From the NCBI RefSeq assembly GCF_000150275.1, contig NW_002060945.1, forward strand, positions 2,875,172-2,939,171: a stretch of 64,000 bases of DNA, written 5' to 3'. A program made the translations under genes and the position numbers. Every line of letters starts with the position of its first letter. Position 1 is the first letter of the stretch. The notes under the pieces are model-generated. The model was not told the origin of the DNA. It was given only the letters and a program-made list of their open reading frames with translations, and ran no database searches. This document shows positions 39,557-52,520 of the stretch, one piece after another. This DNA comes from Trichoplax adhaerens. Taxonomy: Eukaryota; Animalia; Placozoa.

Positions 39557-40179
39557 TGTCACGAAAGTAATATTCGTGACGTGTACTTTATTTTTATATT
39601 ACGTTTTATATGTGTTTACATCTCAGAAATGTTTACGGTCTCCTTAATTTTAGCTTTAGTAGTTAACAGTTGATATCCTTAATTTAGGATTAGATAGACT
39701 AAAATATTAATTGCCAAGTAGTTAAACAGCATTGTATCTATCTTTTCCAAGATTGTTAAAGTTTAAAGAACAATTCCTAAGGTCAGAGGAAATATCTTAG
39801 TAGGATAGCTTAATATGCATCTATTAAACTATTATTAAGCATAAATTATTTTAATACAGATACAGTAAAATTTAATAGGATTAGACTGTGTCTAATCTAT
39901 ACAGATAGAATCTCTTTAAAGTATTAATTTAGTTAATTTCTAATAGACGAGGTGATTCGTGTAGTTAAACCGGTTTTAGGTACCGAAACCTATATAAGCG
40001 GCGTGTTCTCCGATAATAAATTAAATTACGATTTTCTAGTAAGTTTTGAAGGTCTCTCTGTGTTAAACCTTATCTGTCTTGGAATAGCAATTGACTGGTA
40101 TTCCAAATAACAGTAGTATAGGATAGAAATTACTCTCTCAATCTTTATTGCAAGTTAGGGATATATCTAGCTCGTAACA
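39557..40179 (+). mobile_element. Solo LTR (623 bp)
   Basis: TGTCACGA...TCGTAACA termini (7/8 inverted); flanks ATGTC / ATATC (4/5 TSD); TATATAAG 39991-39998 then AATAAA 40015-40020; 5' hairpin GTCACGAA-N7-TTCGTGAC. Confidence 0.75.
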
Positions 40180-41639
40180 ATATCCAAGTACGAAGTAAAA
40201 ATTCTCAAACTTGGGAACGAATAATACGAAAAATCTTAATCTATCTATAGTCTACCATTAAATATTTATAACTTCAATTTCGGACTAGGTAAAAATGGGA
40301 TGAAGAGAAACAATCTCCTGATCTGACGGTAATTTATTTCGGCTGCGCTTCTAATCCTTGAATCAAAAATTCTTGTCTCTCTAATAAAATTTCATCATTT
40401 TTTATTTCAATATAAGCAACCTGATAGGGTCAATTTTACCTACTCTCTCTGTTATAACCAATTTCATTAAATATTATAGTTTAAACAGTATATCTTTTAA
40501 ATTATTTGGGTCTTTTAATATGCCATTAAAGCAAAATTGTGTAGTAGATGTTTATAATAGTGTTTATTTAAATGGATATTTGTAAATTGAAATAGATATT
40601 TATATACTACTAGCAATGCTGATAAGTAAAATATTGATTATTACTACTACAATTGCATGTTCTACAGATCCATTTATTATAAGGACTGACTCCAGCTGAA
40701 TCTACAATAATTATCCTACGATATTTTGTAAGCGAATAGGTATTATCATCACTTTCCATCTCCGAAGCAGGCGATAATTTTGGCGTTATATTCAAAGAAG
40801 AATTTTTCATTTAGTTCGTTAATGCCACGTTTGCATTGCCTATTTAATTGGCCTTTCATTTAAGCCATAATGATTTGATATAATTTTCTTCGCTCTGTTT
40901 TCAGAACCGCAGTCCAAATATTTATTAAAAGCACCTCATGTATTGTTATACAATAAATATAATCTATTTATTCCATAACAAGCATTTTTCATCGATGAAT
41001 AAGAAAATATCAATCTACCAGGTTTGATATCATTTCATCTATATGGTCATCAAATACTGATACGCCAAGCCAAGCATCAGTCTAATATCCATTCTTATAA
41101 CAGATATCTATCAGTATGAGCCAACTTTTTAACATTTTTTCTTCTATTTTAGGTACCGGCTGGTAAAGATGCAAGGATAAACCCAGTTGACTAGTAACTT
41201 ATTATCGCAAGGACATCAAGATAACTAACAATAAAATGTGCTAATACGACATAAGAAGATGTTAGCATTATATCAACATAAAGTATCACAGATATAAGGA
41301 AACATTAAATTTCCAGTTTTTCAATTAGTGGTAGCAGATTTTTCACTCAATCTTTATAACAACGTCATCTTAACAAATTAGATTACACTTAAAATAAATA
41401 AAAGAAGTCTTGTAATTTACATAAGAAATGAAAAGATTATCATCGATAAGGTTATTTCAGTATCTTATCTCTTAATTAAGCCATAATATGTGCAGTAAGC
41501 TACTAAAATGCCTTAAAGTTCTTATTAAAAACTACTTAATTACCAAGTATGGTGCTGTATTTCTCTTTTAAAATTTGTCACAAGAACTTCCGATCAGATG
41601 GATTCAATGCTTGATAATTTAAATTCCGTCATGAATCGA

Positions 41640-42180
41640 TTGTATTAAATTTACAAAACGAAGTCTAAATCGAAACCGGTTATACCAAACTATAGCAACC
41701 TACCCAGCGTGTGATCTCCGACTTTAAGACTATCGGACCAATATTGTAAGAACTTTAGGTTCTTCAATATTTCGTATTCGCATCTCAACAGCATTGTTCA
41801 ATTATAATACACATATTAGGAAGAAATATTATCATTTTCTGCCAATTTACGTAAAATTTCAGCTTGATACGTTTTAAAGGAAGATATATGGCACTTACAT
41901 CGAATTGCAATTTTTGCGTACTTAATGCCGATGGAATTCATTCTGCGAAAGTATTAGAATGAAATATCATCGCTAATAACTAATCTCCGTGAACTCAAAG
42001 TTTGAGAGCTGTTCGAAAGTCCGATATACTATAAATTAGTTAATCTGTGCAATCACAACCTTAGTATTGTAGTTGTTTCATTACAATAGTAGGAAGAAAT
42101 ATTATCGCCCCTTCCTCATCCATGTGAACTTTCACTCCGAGCCGTTCGAAATATTGACCTGATGTAAATCGTTTATTTTG
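41640..42180 (-). pseudogene. Degenerate approximately 135-140-bp periodic repeat, possible decayed LRR-coding fragment
   Basis: TAGGAAGAAATATTATC occurs at 41817 and 42090; GAGC(T/C)GTTCGAAA at 42006 and 42139. Minus-strand fragments FEQLSNFEFTEISY, ILILSQNEF and LKNLKFLQ resemble LRR units but are broken by stops. Confidence 0.3.
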
Positions 42181-45007
42181 AAGCATTTACTGTACTTTAA
42201 ATTGTTAACTGTGTCTTATCACGCAACTGTAACAGTGTTTACTACCGTGAATTTTCAGAAAAAAATAACTATCACTGAATGTAACTGGTAAGTTGGAATG
42301 ATTAAATACTACTCGTTCGTGATAGCCCTTCCCATCTTCAATCTGATATACATTAATGTTGCTTGAATGCTCTTCCTTCAGTATTAAACACGAATCGCTA
42401 AAACATTACTATATTTATTATTTATTTCGTTAAAATATCTTCAAACTATCAAACAGATAATCTAATTAAATTTCATTTAATTCGATTACCAAAATCAAGA
42501 ACTTCTTACGTCTAGTTTACTATTTTTCAAATGTGCTATTTATAATTTTAAACTGCCATATAACAGCAAGAAATCCGAACCTCGATTTCAATTTTGATGA
42601 TCTTAAAAACTTACTGACAACCATAGAGCCAATAAAAACTCAATCGCAAAATAAATTTTAGCTATTTTCTCTGCCATTTTAGTCATTGTTATGCAATTAT
42701 CAGCTAATTTTATTATATCGACTTGGATAGCTTCATTATATAATGAAATGTAATATGTAGAAATCAAGCTAAAAATTTCTAACAAACTTTGATTCTACTT
42801 TCTTGGTACTTTGGTCGACTTAACGAAACTTTGACACCTAATAAAGATTGAGTAAATAACCGATCAACAATTTATTTAGAAAAATGTGAGAGAGATAGAT
42901 CAAAGCAACTTTCCAAATACTTAATTCTAAGTATTACAAGTGAAGAAATAAAAAAAAAAACAGAAGTGAAACTTCAACGACCAAACAACCTAACAAAAAG
43001 AAGAACGTTTTCACTTATAACAATTCGACATCGAAGGTCTTTAGAATTCAACAAGTTCTTTCAAGAATTTTCTTTTACTCTCTACTCTAAATTTTCTAAT
43101 TAAAATTCGAATTTTATAAAAATAACATAATCGCTTATTAAAAATTTTAGATGACAGCTATGACTACTTTTCTGACATTAGTACTGACAGCTGATGTTTT
43201 ATTTTGATGAAGTTGTACGGTAACTGTACGATTATAACCTACATTACAGTACTTTACTGTCATGTTGTAAATCCCCTTTCTATACGGATAAGGCTTTGTT
43301 ACCGAGTCAAATTCATTTACAATTCCAATATGAATAAGAGTGTAGTCCATCAATTCTTTTCATTTATCAACTATAAGCTGATGAGGCCTAATTTTGGTAT
43401 GGTGCATTAATTGTGCAATCATTCGACCTAATTAAGTCATTCGATAAAGAGTAATTTCTATATTCAGCTCTAATCTTATTATTACCATATATTTTCCATT
43501 CTCTACTTCCTTCTCTTTCATTTAAAAATTCATCTGATCATTTTTATTCTTCCGCGATCGATTTTACGCGTATTTCTCATTTATCATCTAATCATTGCCA
43601 CAAGCAATAGGCTATCAGTTTATAGAATCTCTTGCATAAAAGACAATAAGATTCTTAAATCTGTAGCCTCCTTTTCTTCTAATATTTCTCATGGTCGGGA
43701 CTACTATTATAATGTCATTGTCTAATTTGTACCCACTCACATTGATATACACAGCATTAAGATTTGCCCATAAAAAAGATAGCACATCATTATCGGGTTT
43801 CTATTGCTGCGATGATACCATAAAAATAATTATGAAATTTATAAAAAAGATTGATGTAAATTAAGGCATTAAGGTAGGGGAATAAACCATCTCTCCCAAC
43901 CATGATCGTAAACTAATTCCATAAGCTCTACGAAATAATAAGCAAAAGTTTACCTTAGTGAATTACAAGTTTAAGCCTTGAAAGATAGGCAGCAAATCAT
44001 GCTTCCTTTATAATACCAATTCTGTAAACATCTTTCAATGATCACCAGAATTGTCATGTGACTAAAATTGCAAGCAGAATAGTAAGAGTAAGATCTCATG
44101 TTTCCGTTATCGCGAAAATGTACTGTACAGAACTCCTTAAAAGCGTCGCCAAAAGTAGACATTGGACTATAATTTAATCATAACAGGAACAGTACTTCAT
44201 GATATTTCCGCTTTTACGATACATATATTCCATGAAAGTTCCATGAAGTTATGATAAAGAGTTGATATCGGACCCTAATAACTGAAACATGAATGGATAA
44301 AATATCATGTTTCTGCTGCTATGACAAGCTAATTACATAAAACCGGACCAAGTCATAACAAAGAATTGATATCAGGCTATGAATACAAGCATAAATGAAG
44401 GAATAGTGTATCAGACTATACTCGCATATCTATTATATTATAAGGGACAAACAAGCTCAATAAAACTTAGAAAACTATGGCTAAAGGTAATATCAGAAGT
44501 ATTGATGTATTATTTTATAAATCAGAGTAATTTCATCCGCTATATAGCAATATCATTATCACGTTAAAATTCCATAAGTAAAATGTGAGAAATCAATAAA
44601 TTTTGATGTTGATACAAAGAACTGTACTGAGCTTAACTCAGGTGTAGACTAAGTCACGTATTCAGAGTATTTTTTAATTAATCTCGCTATTGAGAAATAG
44701 TGATTAAAAAATTATTGTACATTAATTTCTAAGGTATAAATTAGCCTACGGCAAATGGTTGTTAATAATATAAACTGTTGGTACATGGTTTCGTCATTTT
44801 CTATCATATTCTTGCACACGAAAACATGAGAAAATAAATCAAGCCCTCGGCTATATCACTGTTTGCTGTCTATTCCGTTCATATTTTTCGCTTAAAAAGT
44901 AGCGACATTTTCTACTGACTCACAAAGTTTCCTTTCCCCGCGCTAAACTCAACTTTAAATTTTCGTTAGTTAAATGAAAATAAATAGTAATGATCAATAT
45001 TGAACAC

Positions 45008-45559
45008 TGTTACGGATTTGCCTTGTCATTAGGATAGTTTAATAAGTACAGTAGCAGCTGGTATGGAGAATATCCATATTTGTAGTGCTAGGTAAGATTA
45101 GTAATGCCTTAACGTGGATGTTGTTTGTAATAGTTCATTACATATTTGATATTGATTGTTATTGTGTGATAGATAATAGTAAGATGATTGAAGTTCTAGT
45201 TGATGATAGTTGAATTAGACAACCTACGAGCTTAGATTAAGATTAAGTATGAGTAAGAGCCTCAAAATATTTACTGATAGAAAAGCTATGTAAGGAACAT
45301 CTCAGTTCGAGATGTTTCTCCTAGTAAGGTATAATAATAATACTGTTGTTGTTTATAAATTAGACGGTTCCTACATAAACGGGAACATTTGAGTTGAGTG
45401 GTGTGGTAAAAAGTTGTAGATGTATCTTTGCTAATAAAAGTTTCATCTTTACAGTATTTTGCCTTGTGTGTTTAACGTTAAGTAAAAGGGCGTTTAAGTT
45501 AGTAGCTACTTACAGACTTTTACTGTACGTTACCTTGTCGCAGAAGTGAAATTGCGACA
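45008..45559 (+). mobile_element. Solo LTR (552 bp)
   Basis: TGTTAC...GCGACA termini; perfect TSD AACAC (45003-45007 / 45560-45564); AATAAA 45433. The 3' end TACGTTACCTTGTCGCAGAAG...TTGCGACA matches the 3' end of the 51817-52258 element. Confidence 0.8.
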
Positions 45560-47858
45560 AACACGTAAATCAACAAATATCTGTTTAATATTATCAGAAT
45601 GTTGCTTTTTACTAGATCCTATTTCAATGTAGCCTAACAACTTTCCAAGCAGTAGGTAAATCGGAATCAGTTCTGTAGATATTCATATTATACTTTACCA
45701 AGATGCGAAGAGTGGATAGCAGAATCGCTCTATATGATGATATTGTCAATTGCATTTAAATTATGAACGTACTATCTTCTGTATAGATTAATAGTAAAAC
45801 AGAGGAGAAACATCATAGAAAAAGGATTACATTCAGCTATAATTTACATTATTATAACAAACTAGGATTAAAGTCAGTTCTTAAAACTATGAGCATAGAC
45901 GTATTAGTTAGTATGATTGATACTTTGAAATACGTGAGTAATACCTAACAAGATTTAACTTAAACGTGTAATTCTAGACGTTATACGGTGTATTAAAAGA
46001 AACTAATATAACTGTAAAGGCAAATAAATGAATCCTAAATTTTATAGCGTCATATAGACAGTGATGCTATGACATTGTTCCCGGTCAAAGGTAATCATGT
46101 TGCTCATGGCATCGAAACACCCCTAAAATATGACTAATTATTACGTTAATTATTAAAAGACTATTAACAATGTGACATAGCAAAACAAAAAATGATCGAT
46201 TCTCAAATTGAATAGCATTCTGATCAACGATAGCCATGCAAAATCAATTATATGCGCTTAAGATGGGCTTTTTATTCTTTATTCCTAAATTATTAGGGAT
46301 ATTGAACAGTATTAAAAAATAACTGCGATTATTCAATCGACGGTATCACCATGAATACGATTGATTACTAAAAACAACAAATCTGACGATATTTTAATTA
46401 CATTCAAATAAGCACGACAATTTACATGCAGAGCAAATTCAGAGCTATTGTGCATCCAAAGGGAAAGAAATTTAAATTACCTGTATACGATACCGTACTT
46501 CAAGGCCTCTGAACTCTTATGTAAAAATATGTTGGGATATACAACTACGCGAGTTATAAATAACATGCCAACTTCGCTCTGATAAATCATTCTATCAATT
46601 TTAGTTGTGGTACAAAAATCAATTCTAATACTCAGGCGATATTATAAAGGTGATCGCAAAGCAACATTGTTGAGCTCCCGTTATGACTCTATCTCAATTG
46701 CTAATTTTAAAACAATGATCATCAAATAAAATCAATCCAGATCTTCATTCTATTACTGATAATACTCTGAATGGTTGCATTCATTTTTCAATCTAACGTA
46801 AAAGTGATTCTAAATACTAAATTACAGAATAAAAGAAATCAAATATGGCTTAAACACTCTCAGTATCGGCTTTTAATGTAATACTGTTTGTTCCTATCGT
46901 ACAAATAAATGTAGTCAAAATAGACTCATGCCTGGTCTGTATGCATAATTAATAATGATTTGAAAGCTTAGAATTTTAACTTACGCAAAAAATGGAAAAG
47001 GCATTATTAAGAGACCGTCATAATGCTATAACGAAAATAACAAGGTTAACCAAATCCGCATTACTTATTTTATTCGCACTCATAACTTTAATTGTGATTA
47101 TACAATTATAATAACTATCACATAATTACATTTAATAAATCACTAGCTAGATTGACTTATACGCTATAACTAATATTATTCATTATTATTTCATCTATCA
47201 ACATGCTTATCCAATTTAAATATCTTCTTCTAACGCATATTCTAATTATTGTTAGTTTTAATACTGGTCATATAGCCAAAACTTATTCTAGATCGGCAAG
47301 TATCATTAACGAAACTCGCTATTTTATCGAAGTACTATGCAAAGAGTAGATCAAAATCTCTATTCCACCATACATTTAATCTCTAATCTTAGAACCTGCC
47401 CCTTAACAAATTTATTAATTCTACACGAGACCTATATATAGTTAACATCATTCTTAGTCTGAGTTTAATCGAAATACCATTATTATAAAGGTGAAGAACC
47501 TTCTCTATCAGATCTTTTAGGCACTGGTTTCAGTAATTTTCTCATAACTCGAAAAGTTGGATAATTCGTCCTCCAGATCAACATATACAGCTAATAAAAC
47601 ACGCACTTTCATTGGAGCACCACACTAATATTAATTAAAATCTCTTTCTATCGATACCAGATTGATAAATAATTAAATAATTACTTAGCTTATCCCAATA
47701 GATATAAAGAGACTAAAACGCTTAAAAAAATATTCGTCTACTTGCATAAATGAAATTCAATGGCTCCATAAATTTGAATAGTAACCCGATGCTATATTGA
47801 ATCTCTCAGCTCCGCACCTTACTTGATTTTGTTAATTGAATAATGACAATCTCAATTC

Positions 47859-47866
47859 CGTGGGAA
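47859..47866 (+). promoter_or_regulatory. Consensus Su(H)/CSL site upstream of ASC gene 3
   Basis: CGTGGGAA about 1 kb upstream of the ATG; a single motif match only. Confidence 0.3.
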
Positions 47867-48692
47867 AGGAGAATGTTATGTACTTTTCCATCTTAACATA
47901 GCATTATTCAAAAAGTATTATGTTATTAGCAATAGAAAGCTTGGTGATTCTATAAAGTTAATATTAATCTTTGATCAAAATTAGATTAAAAGTAGATTAA
48001 AGCTTCTAATCATTCGAAAATTCCTCGATTTTGTTAATGTGAATTTTTCTCGTCTTCGTGTTGAGAAAATTATCAATCATTCACGTTATCATTTCAATGT
48101 CCATATAACCGGCTATAAATTGATTAGTCACTCTACCAGAATGAAAGAATGATATCCGTATTCTATTTAAATCATTCTAATCATTTCTGACATGGAATTT
48201 AATGAGAGAAAATATAGATAAGCATCCTGTCGCTATTTTTCCGATAAGGAACGTCAATAATTGTATGAATAGGATCATTTTCAATTCGTCTACTGTCTGT
48301 TTGATAAGGCGAAAAATAGACACAGAACCTGGGTATAATGATCAAACCAGTTATGAATAAGATGAAAATCCATTTTTAAAATCATCGATAGACATCTACA
48401 GCCATAAAATCCTCTAATAAATGTAGTTAAAATTCAAAAGATATCATGTTGATATTGCTAATAAAAAAGTAAACTAACAGCAGGTGCAATTTTCTCTCTT
48501 TTGACTTGCTTTACTCTTTATTGGCGTACAATTGGCAATGCCAAGAAAAACTGTATTATCGTTTCTATCTTAAAATAATAGTAAAAAATAACAATAAAAT
48601 TAAAAGAAATAAGAAAATGGATATTAACCAATAATTTGAATTAATTATATAACAATCACAGAATGAGTATGATTGAATAAATGAATCAATGT

Positions 48693-48735
48693 ATTGATCT
48701 ATAGATCAATCGAGAGATGATGGAAGGTATAAAAG
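48693..48735 (+). promoter_or_regulatory. Core promoter of ASC gene 3: TATA box preceded by an 18-bp palindrome
   Basis: TATAAAAG 48728-48735, about 150 bp upstream of the ATG; perfect palindrome ATTGATCTATAGATCAAT at 48693-48710. Confidence 0.65.
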
Positions 48736-48875
48736 GTACGACGAATGAACTCGTTTAGCCACTACAATATAAATTATCACCTCCTGCGACTGGCAAATTT
48801 TGGGTATTAGACGATATTAAAGAAAGAAGACGACCATCTATTCAAGTCAGAGGATCAATCTATCAGTAATAATCT

Positions 48876-49427
48876 ATGTCTACTAATCCCATAGCAACAG
48901 TTTCTCCTCCATCGTCTTTAGCCATGGCAAAAATGAATAACGAAGGAGAATTACCGCCAGGGTATAGCACAAGCAATCGCTATCGATTACAAGTGAATCC
49001 TAAAGATGCTCATAACAGTATAGATTCCTCACTTCTCACTTATCAAAACAACATCAACCACAACAATAATATCCACAATCATCATAATAACAATAACAGT
49101 AATAATAATAATCATCATCATAATAACAACGATAGCGGCAGCCATGGTAAAAGGCAGCGAAGAGGCAATCATTATAAAAATATCAACCACCATGGAATCA
49201 TGCATCGTCGGAAAGAAAAAGAACCAGAAATGGTAGAAAGAAGAAATGAACGAGAGAGAATGAGAGTTAGATTAGTCAATGATGCCTTTAAACTGTTACG
49301 AAGCCATATACCGGTCGATCCTCGTCAGAAGAAACTTTCAAAGGTCAATACTTTGCGCTTAGCTATCCAATATATAAAATACCTACAACGATTAATTGAA
49401 ACCAACCCTCAACCCCAGTCATCATGA
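48876..49427 (+). CDS. Achaete-scute family bHLH transcription factor with Asn/His low-complexity tract, 183 aa
   Basis: EPEMVERRNERERMRVRLVNDAFKLLRSHIPVDPRQKKLSKVNTLRLAIQYIKYLQRLI; TATA box upstream, AATAAA at 49702. Confidence 0.95.
   Translation: MSTNPIATVSPPSSLAMAKMNNEGELPPGYSTSNRYRLQVNPKDAHNSIDSSLLTYQNNINHNNNIHNHHNNNNSNNNNHHHNNNDSGSHGKRQRRGNHYKNINHHGIMHRRKEKEPEMVERRNERERMRVRLVNDAFKLLRSHIPVDPRQKKLSKVNTLRLAIQYIKYLQRLIETNPQPQSS
49047..49130 (+). repeat. Coding (AAT/AAC/CAT)n trinucleotide tract (poly-Asn/His)
   Basis: Encodes NNINHNNNIHNHHNNNNSNNNNHHHNNN within ASC gene 3. Confidence 0.85.
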
Positions 49428-51630
49428 CAATATAATTCGGCTTGCAGTTAAAGAAGTAGCGTGTAAGCTTGGTTTTATTACGTCAATACGCTAAAGTCAG
49501 TTATGTAATCCATACTCGTAAAATATTTATCTCAATCAATTAATTTTAACTCTCATCGACTACCTACATGACAGTACGTGTATAATCTTAATAGATTAAT
49601 CCTATCCTTGCTATACTGAATATATGTACTCTGTCATAATGACACCAATCCCACCATATTTATTTTAATTTAAAAAAAATTAGATTAATGTATTTAGTCG
49701 AAATAAATCTAACTAGTTTACGTTAATGGATGATGTTACTTGCGTTTCTACTTAAAGATACCAAATTAATCTTCGGTTTGATATCGTATAGAATTGTATA
49801 ATTATTAACAAGAAGCCCCAATCAATTCATATCCTTTCATCCAAGTGAATAACTAGCGGTCTAACCTTCAATTATTCAACTCATACTTTTCGATCAAATT
49901 ATAGTTACCTTAACTCTGTAAATCCCAACATGATTAATTAATACGCTATTCAACAAAGCTTTTTACAATTTAATATGTCACGATCTCTTAATGCTTATAG
50001 CCAAATTTTTAGCTAATAAAGTACTCTATTTGCTTCGAAATCAGGGTTTAAGTTAAGGAAATTCTAGGTAATTTAGTACTAAACATATGGATTTCAATGA
50101 GCAAAATCAAGCCAATTTCATATCATATCAAAACTTGCCTGTACTGCATTATCAATCACTAATCTTATCTAACACTTAATAGTTTACTATAGAATACGGT
50201 ATACATAAATATCAATGACAGACGGTAAGACGAAATTATCTACCAAGGTTAATTAAGAACTTCATTTCCATTTTAATATTACTGCAGTATCTAATAAGTT
50301 AATATCACCGTAGCATAACGCGTACATACAAAATTTGGTTAAAAAAATGTGTTTCATCTATAGCTAATTTCAATCTTTAAAGTTAATATCCTTAGAGATT
50401 AATTATAACAATTAAAAACAGTATTACTGTTATTTATACGTTCATCATTCTACATCATACAAATGATGTTTTTTTTCTAAATTATCTACCAATTAATTTG
50501 AACGTATTAGTGCAACATGTAAAATGGTATAATTTCTCACCTTGTTACATGATATGGAATCAATCTGTAAATATACTCCAGTAGCTATGCTACTAATATC
50601 TAATTTATCTGCTACTAACTGTTTTGTTAATAAACGATGTTCAAAGACTGTTATAGTTCCAGGTAATGCAAGAGATAACCTCTAAGCTCAATAAAATTAA
50701 AATCAATTCACAGCTTAATCTCATAAATTTTCGTATATCTGAAATAAACACTGTTCACAGTCGAATAAGAGTAAGTTTTAAATGGGCTTAAATCGATGTA
50801 GAAGATTAGCTTCATTACTATTCTTCTAAATTAATGATTTCTATTACATTAACAATATAGGAACAAACTGTAATGAACTTTCATAAATCTAAATCAGGAA
50901 AGAAGTGTGTGATTTTTATATTTTTAATTCATAATTAATATTATTTAGGGAATCTTTCGCATAATAACACGTTGAAAAAAGTTTTATAAAATTGAATCTC
51001 TACATAAAATAAAAATTATCCTTTTCAAATTTATTAATTTCAGAGCACTATTGGCATTAGGATATATTCCTATACACCTTACAAACTTCAATCATTGTTA
51101 AGTGCTAAAGTTATTTTATTTCTTCCATATTTACCGATATTTATACTATTATTACTATAAATTAGGAGCACTGACATTATAAAATAAAATAAAAGTGTAA
51201 GCCCTACAAATTTTATTTGAACAAAACAGTAATATATGGCAAAAAAATTTCACCATCTTCCAAATTTAATTACTAATGATACATCGCCCATGTTTGATAA
51301 GTCATACTCGTTAAATTAACTTAACTTAGTATTTCAGATTAATTGTGATCGCTATTCTACCATATTTAACCATCTTATAGTATCTATAAATCAGACATCC
51401 ATCCTATATAGTATTAAGAAATTTCGGCGTTATAAATATATCACTATTAAGCTCTCAATCTTAACAAGTGAGTATCACTTTACATCCTTAAATTGAACGC
51501 CTGGTTTAAATAAATACTATTTTTGTATAAACTTCATAATGAATGGTTTCAAATGGTCACTATCTACAGAATTTAGATTATCTAGATTCTACGACAGCTT
51601 TAAAATCGTGAGTTACAATCTTATACCCTT

Positions 51631-52520
51631 TGTAGTAGCTTCAGCTAATTACAGAAGTAATTGAAGCAAGGTAGCATTAAGAATTAAAATAATTTACTAA
51701 GCTTATAAAGTAGTTTGATGATTGCTGAAGATGAAACAGTGTACTTATACTATTCGTTTTACGTGTGTATAAGGCCACAGTAGTCGGCTATATAAGGTGA
51801 TGTTTTTGTGTAATATTGTCACGGTACGAACTACCGTGAAGAAATAGCTATCTAAATTTGGTTAATATAATATAGTGATAATATATTACAACTAGTTACT
51901 TACAATAGGAATTACTCTAATTATAAATGTGTTACAGTAAATTTAATGCTGTGCTGCAATGTGCTCTGAAATGATTCTGTGAATGGACATATTGTAGTCT
52001 GACTGTGAAAAATTTGTTAGTAGATGTTCTCACCTAAGTATTTTTATATGATGACTCATGAATGTTAGCTACTGTAGAAGGGTATATAAGCCCGTCAGAT
52101 AGTTGAATAAAGTAGTTCTCAATTATCTAGTTGAGTTTAACGTAGAATCAAAGGCGTCTAAATTCTTGTGAGGTAGTTAAGGGATACCGAATCCCGGAGA
52201 CTATGGTAATTTAGAGATTTGTTTTACGTTATCCTTGTCACGAAGCTGGTTTGTGACAAATATCTTAATACAACTGTCAGATAATATGGAATTGTTATCA
52301 TGGAGACGAAGTTGGTTATCCGGTTTATTTTAGCTGCTTTCGACTGTGAGGGAAGAAAAGTGGATTCTTCTCCTGAAGTTTTTTTATTGATAAACGATAC
52401 TTAGCTTGAACACGGTGTTTACCTGATCTTGTGTCGTGTTAGAAATTTGCTCAATTTTAATGACTCAGATTTGAGTTAGACGATTGTGAACCTTAGGGGT
52501 TGTAAAACCCAAACACTACA
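51631..52520 (+). mobile_element. Outer solo LTR (about 443 bp after removing the nested element)
   Basis: TGTAGT...ACTACA perfect 6-bp inverted termini; perfect TSD CCCTT (51626-51630 / 52521-52525); TATATAAG at 51789. Confidence 0.85.
51817..52258 (+). mobile_element. Inner (nested) solo LTR (442 bp)
   Basis: TGTCAC...GTGACA termini; perfect TSD AATAT (51812-51816 / 52259-52263); TATATAAG 52083-52090 and AATAAA 52106-52111. Confidence 0.85.

Noticed and set aside
43600-44570. Possible second GPCR pseudogene (SHMTILVIIERC fragment)
   Set aside because: Only one weak TM3-like scrap; other helices could not be placed.
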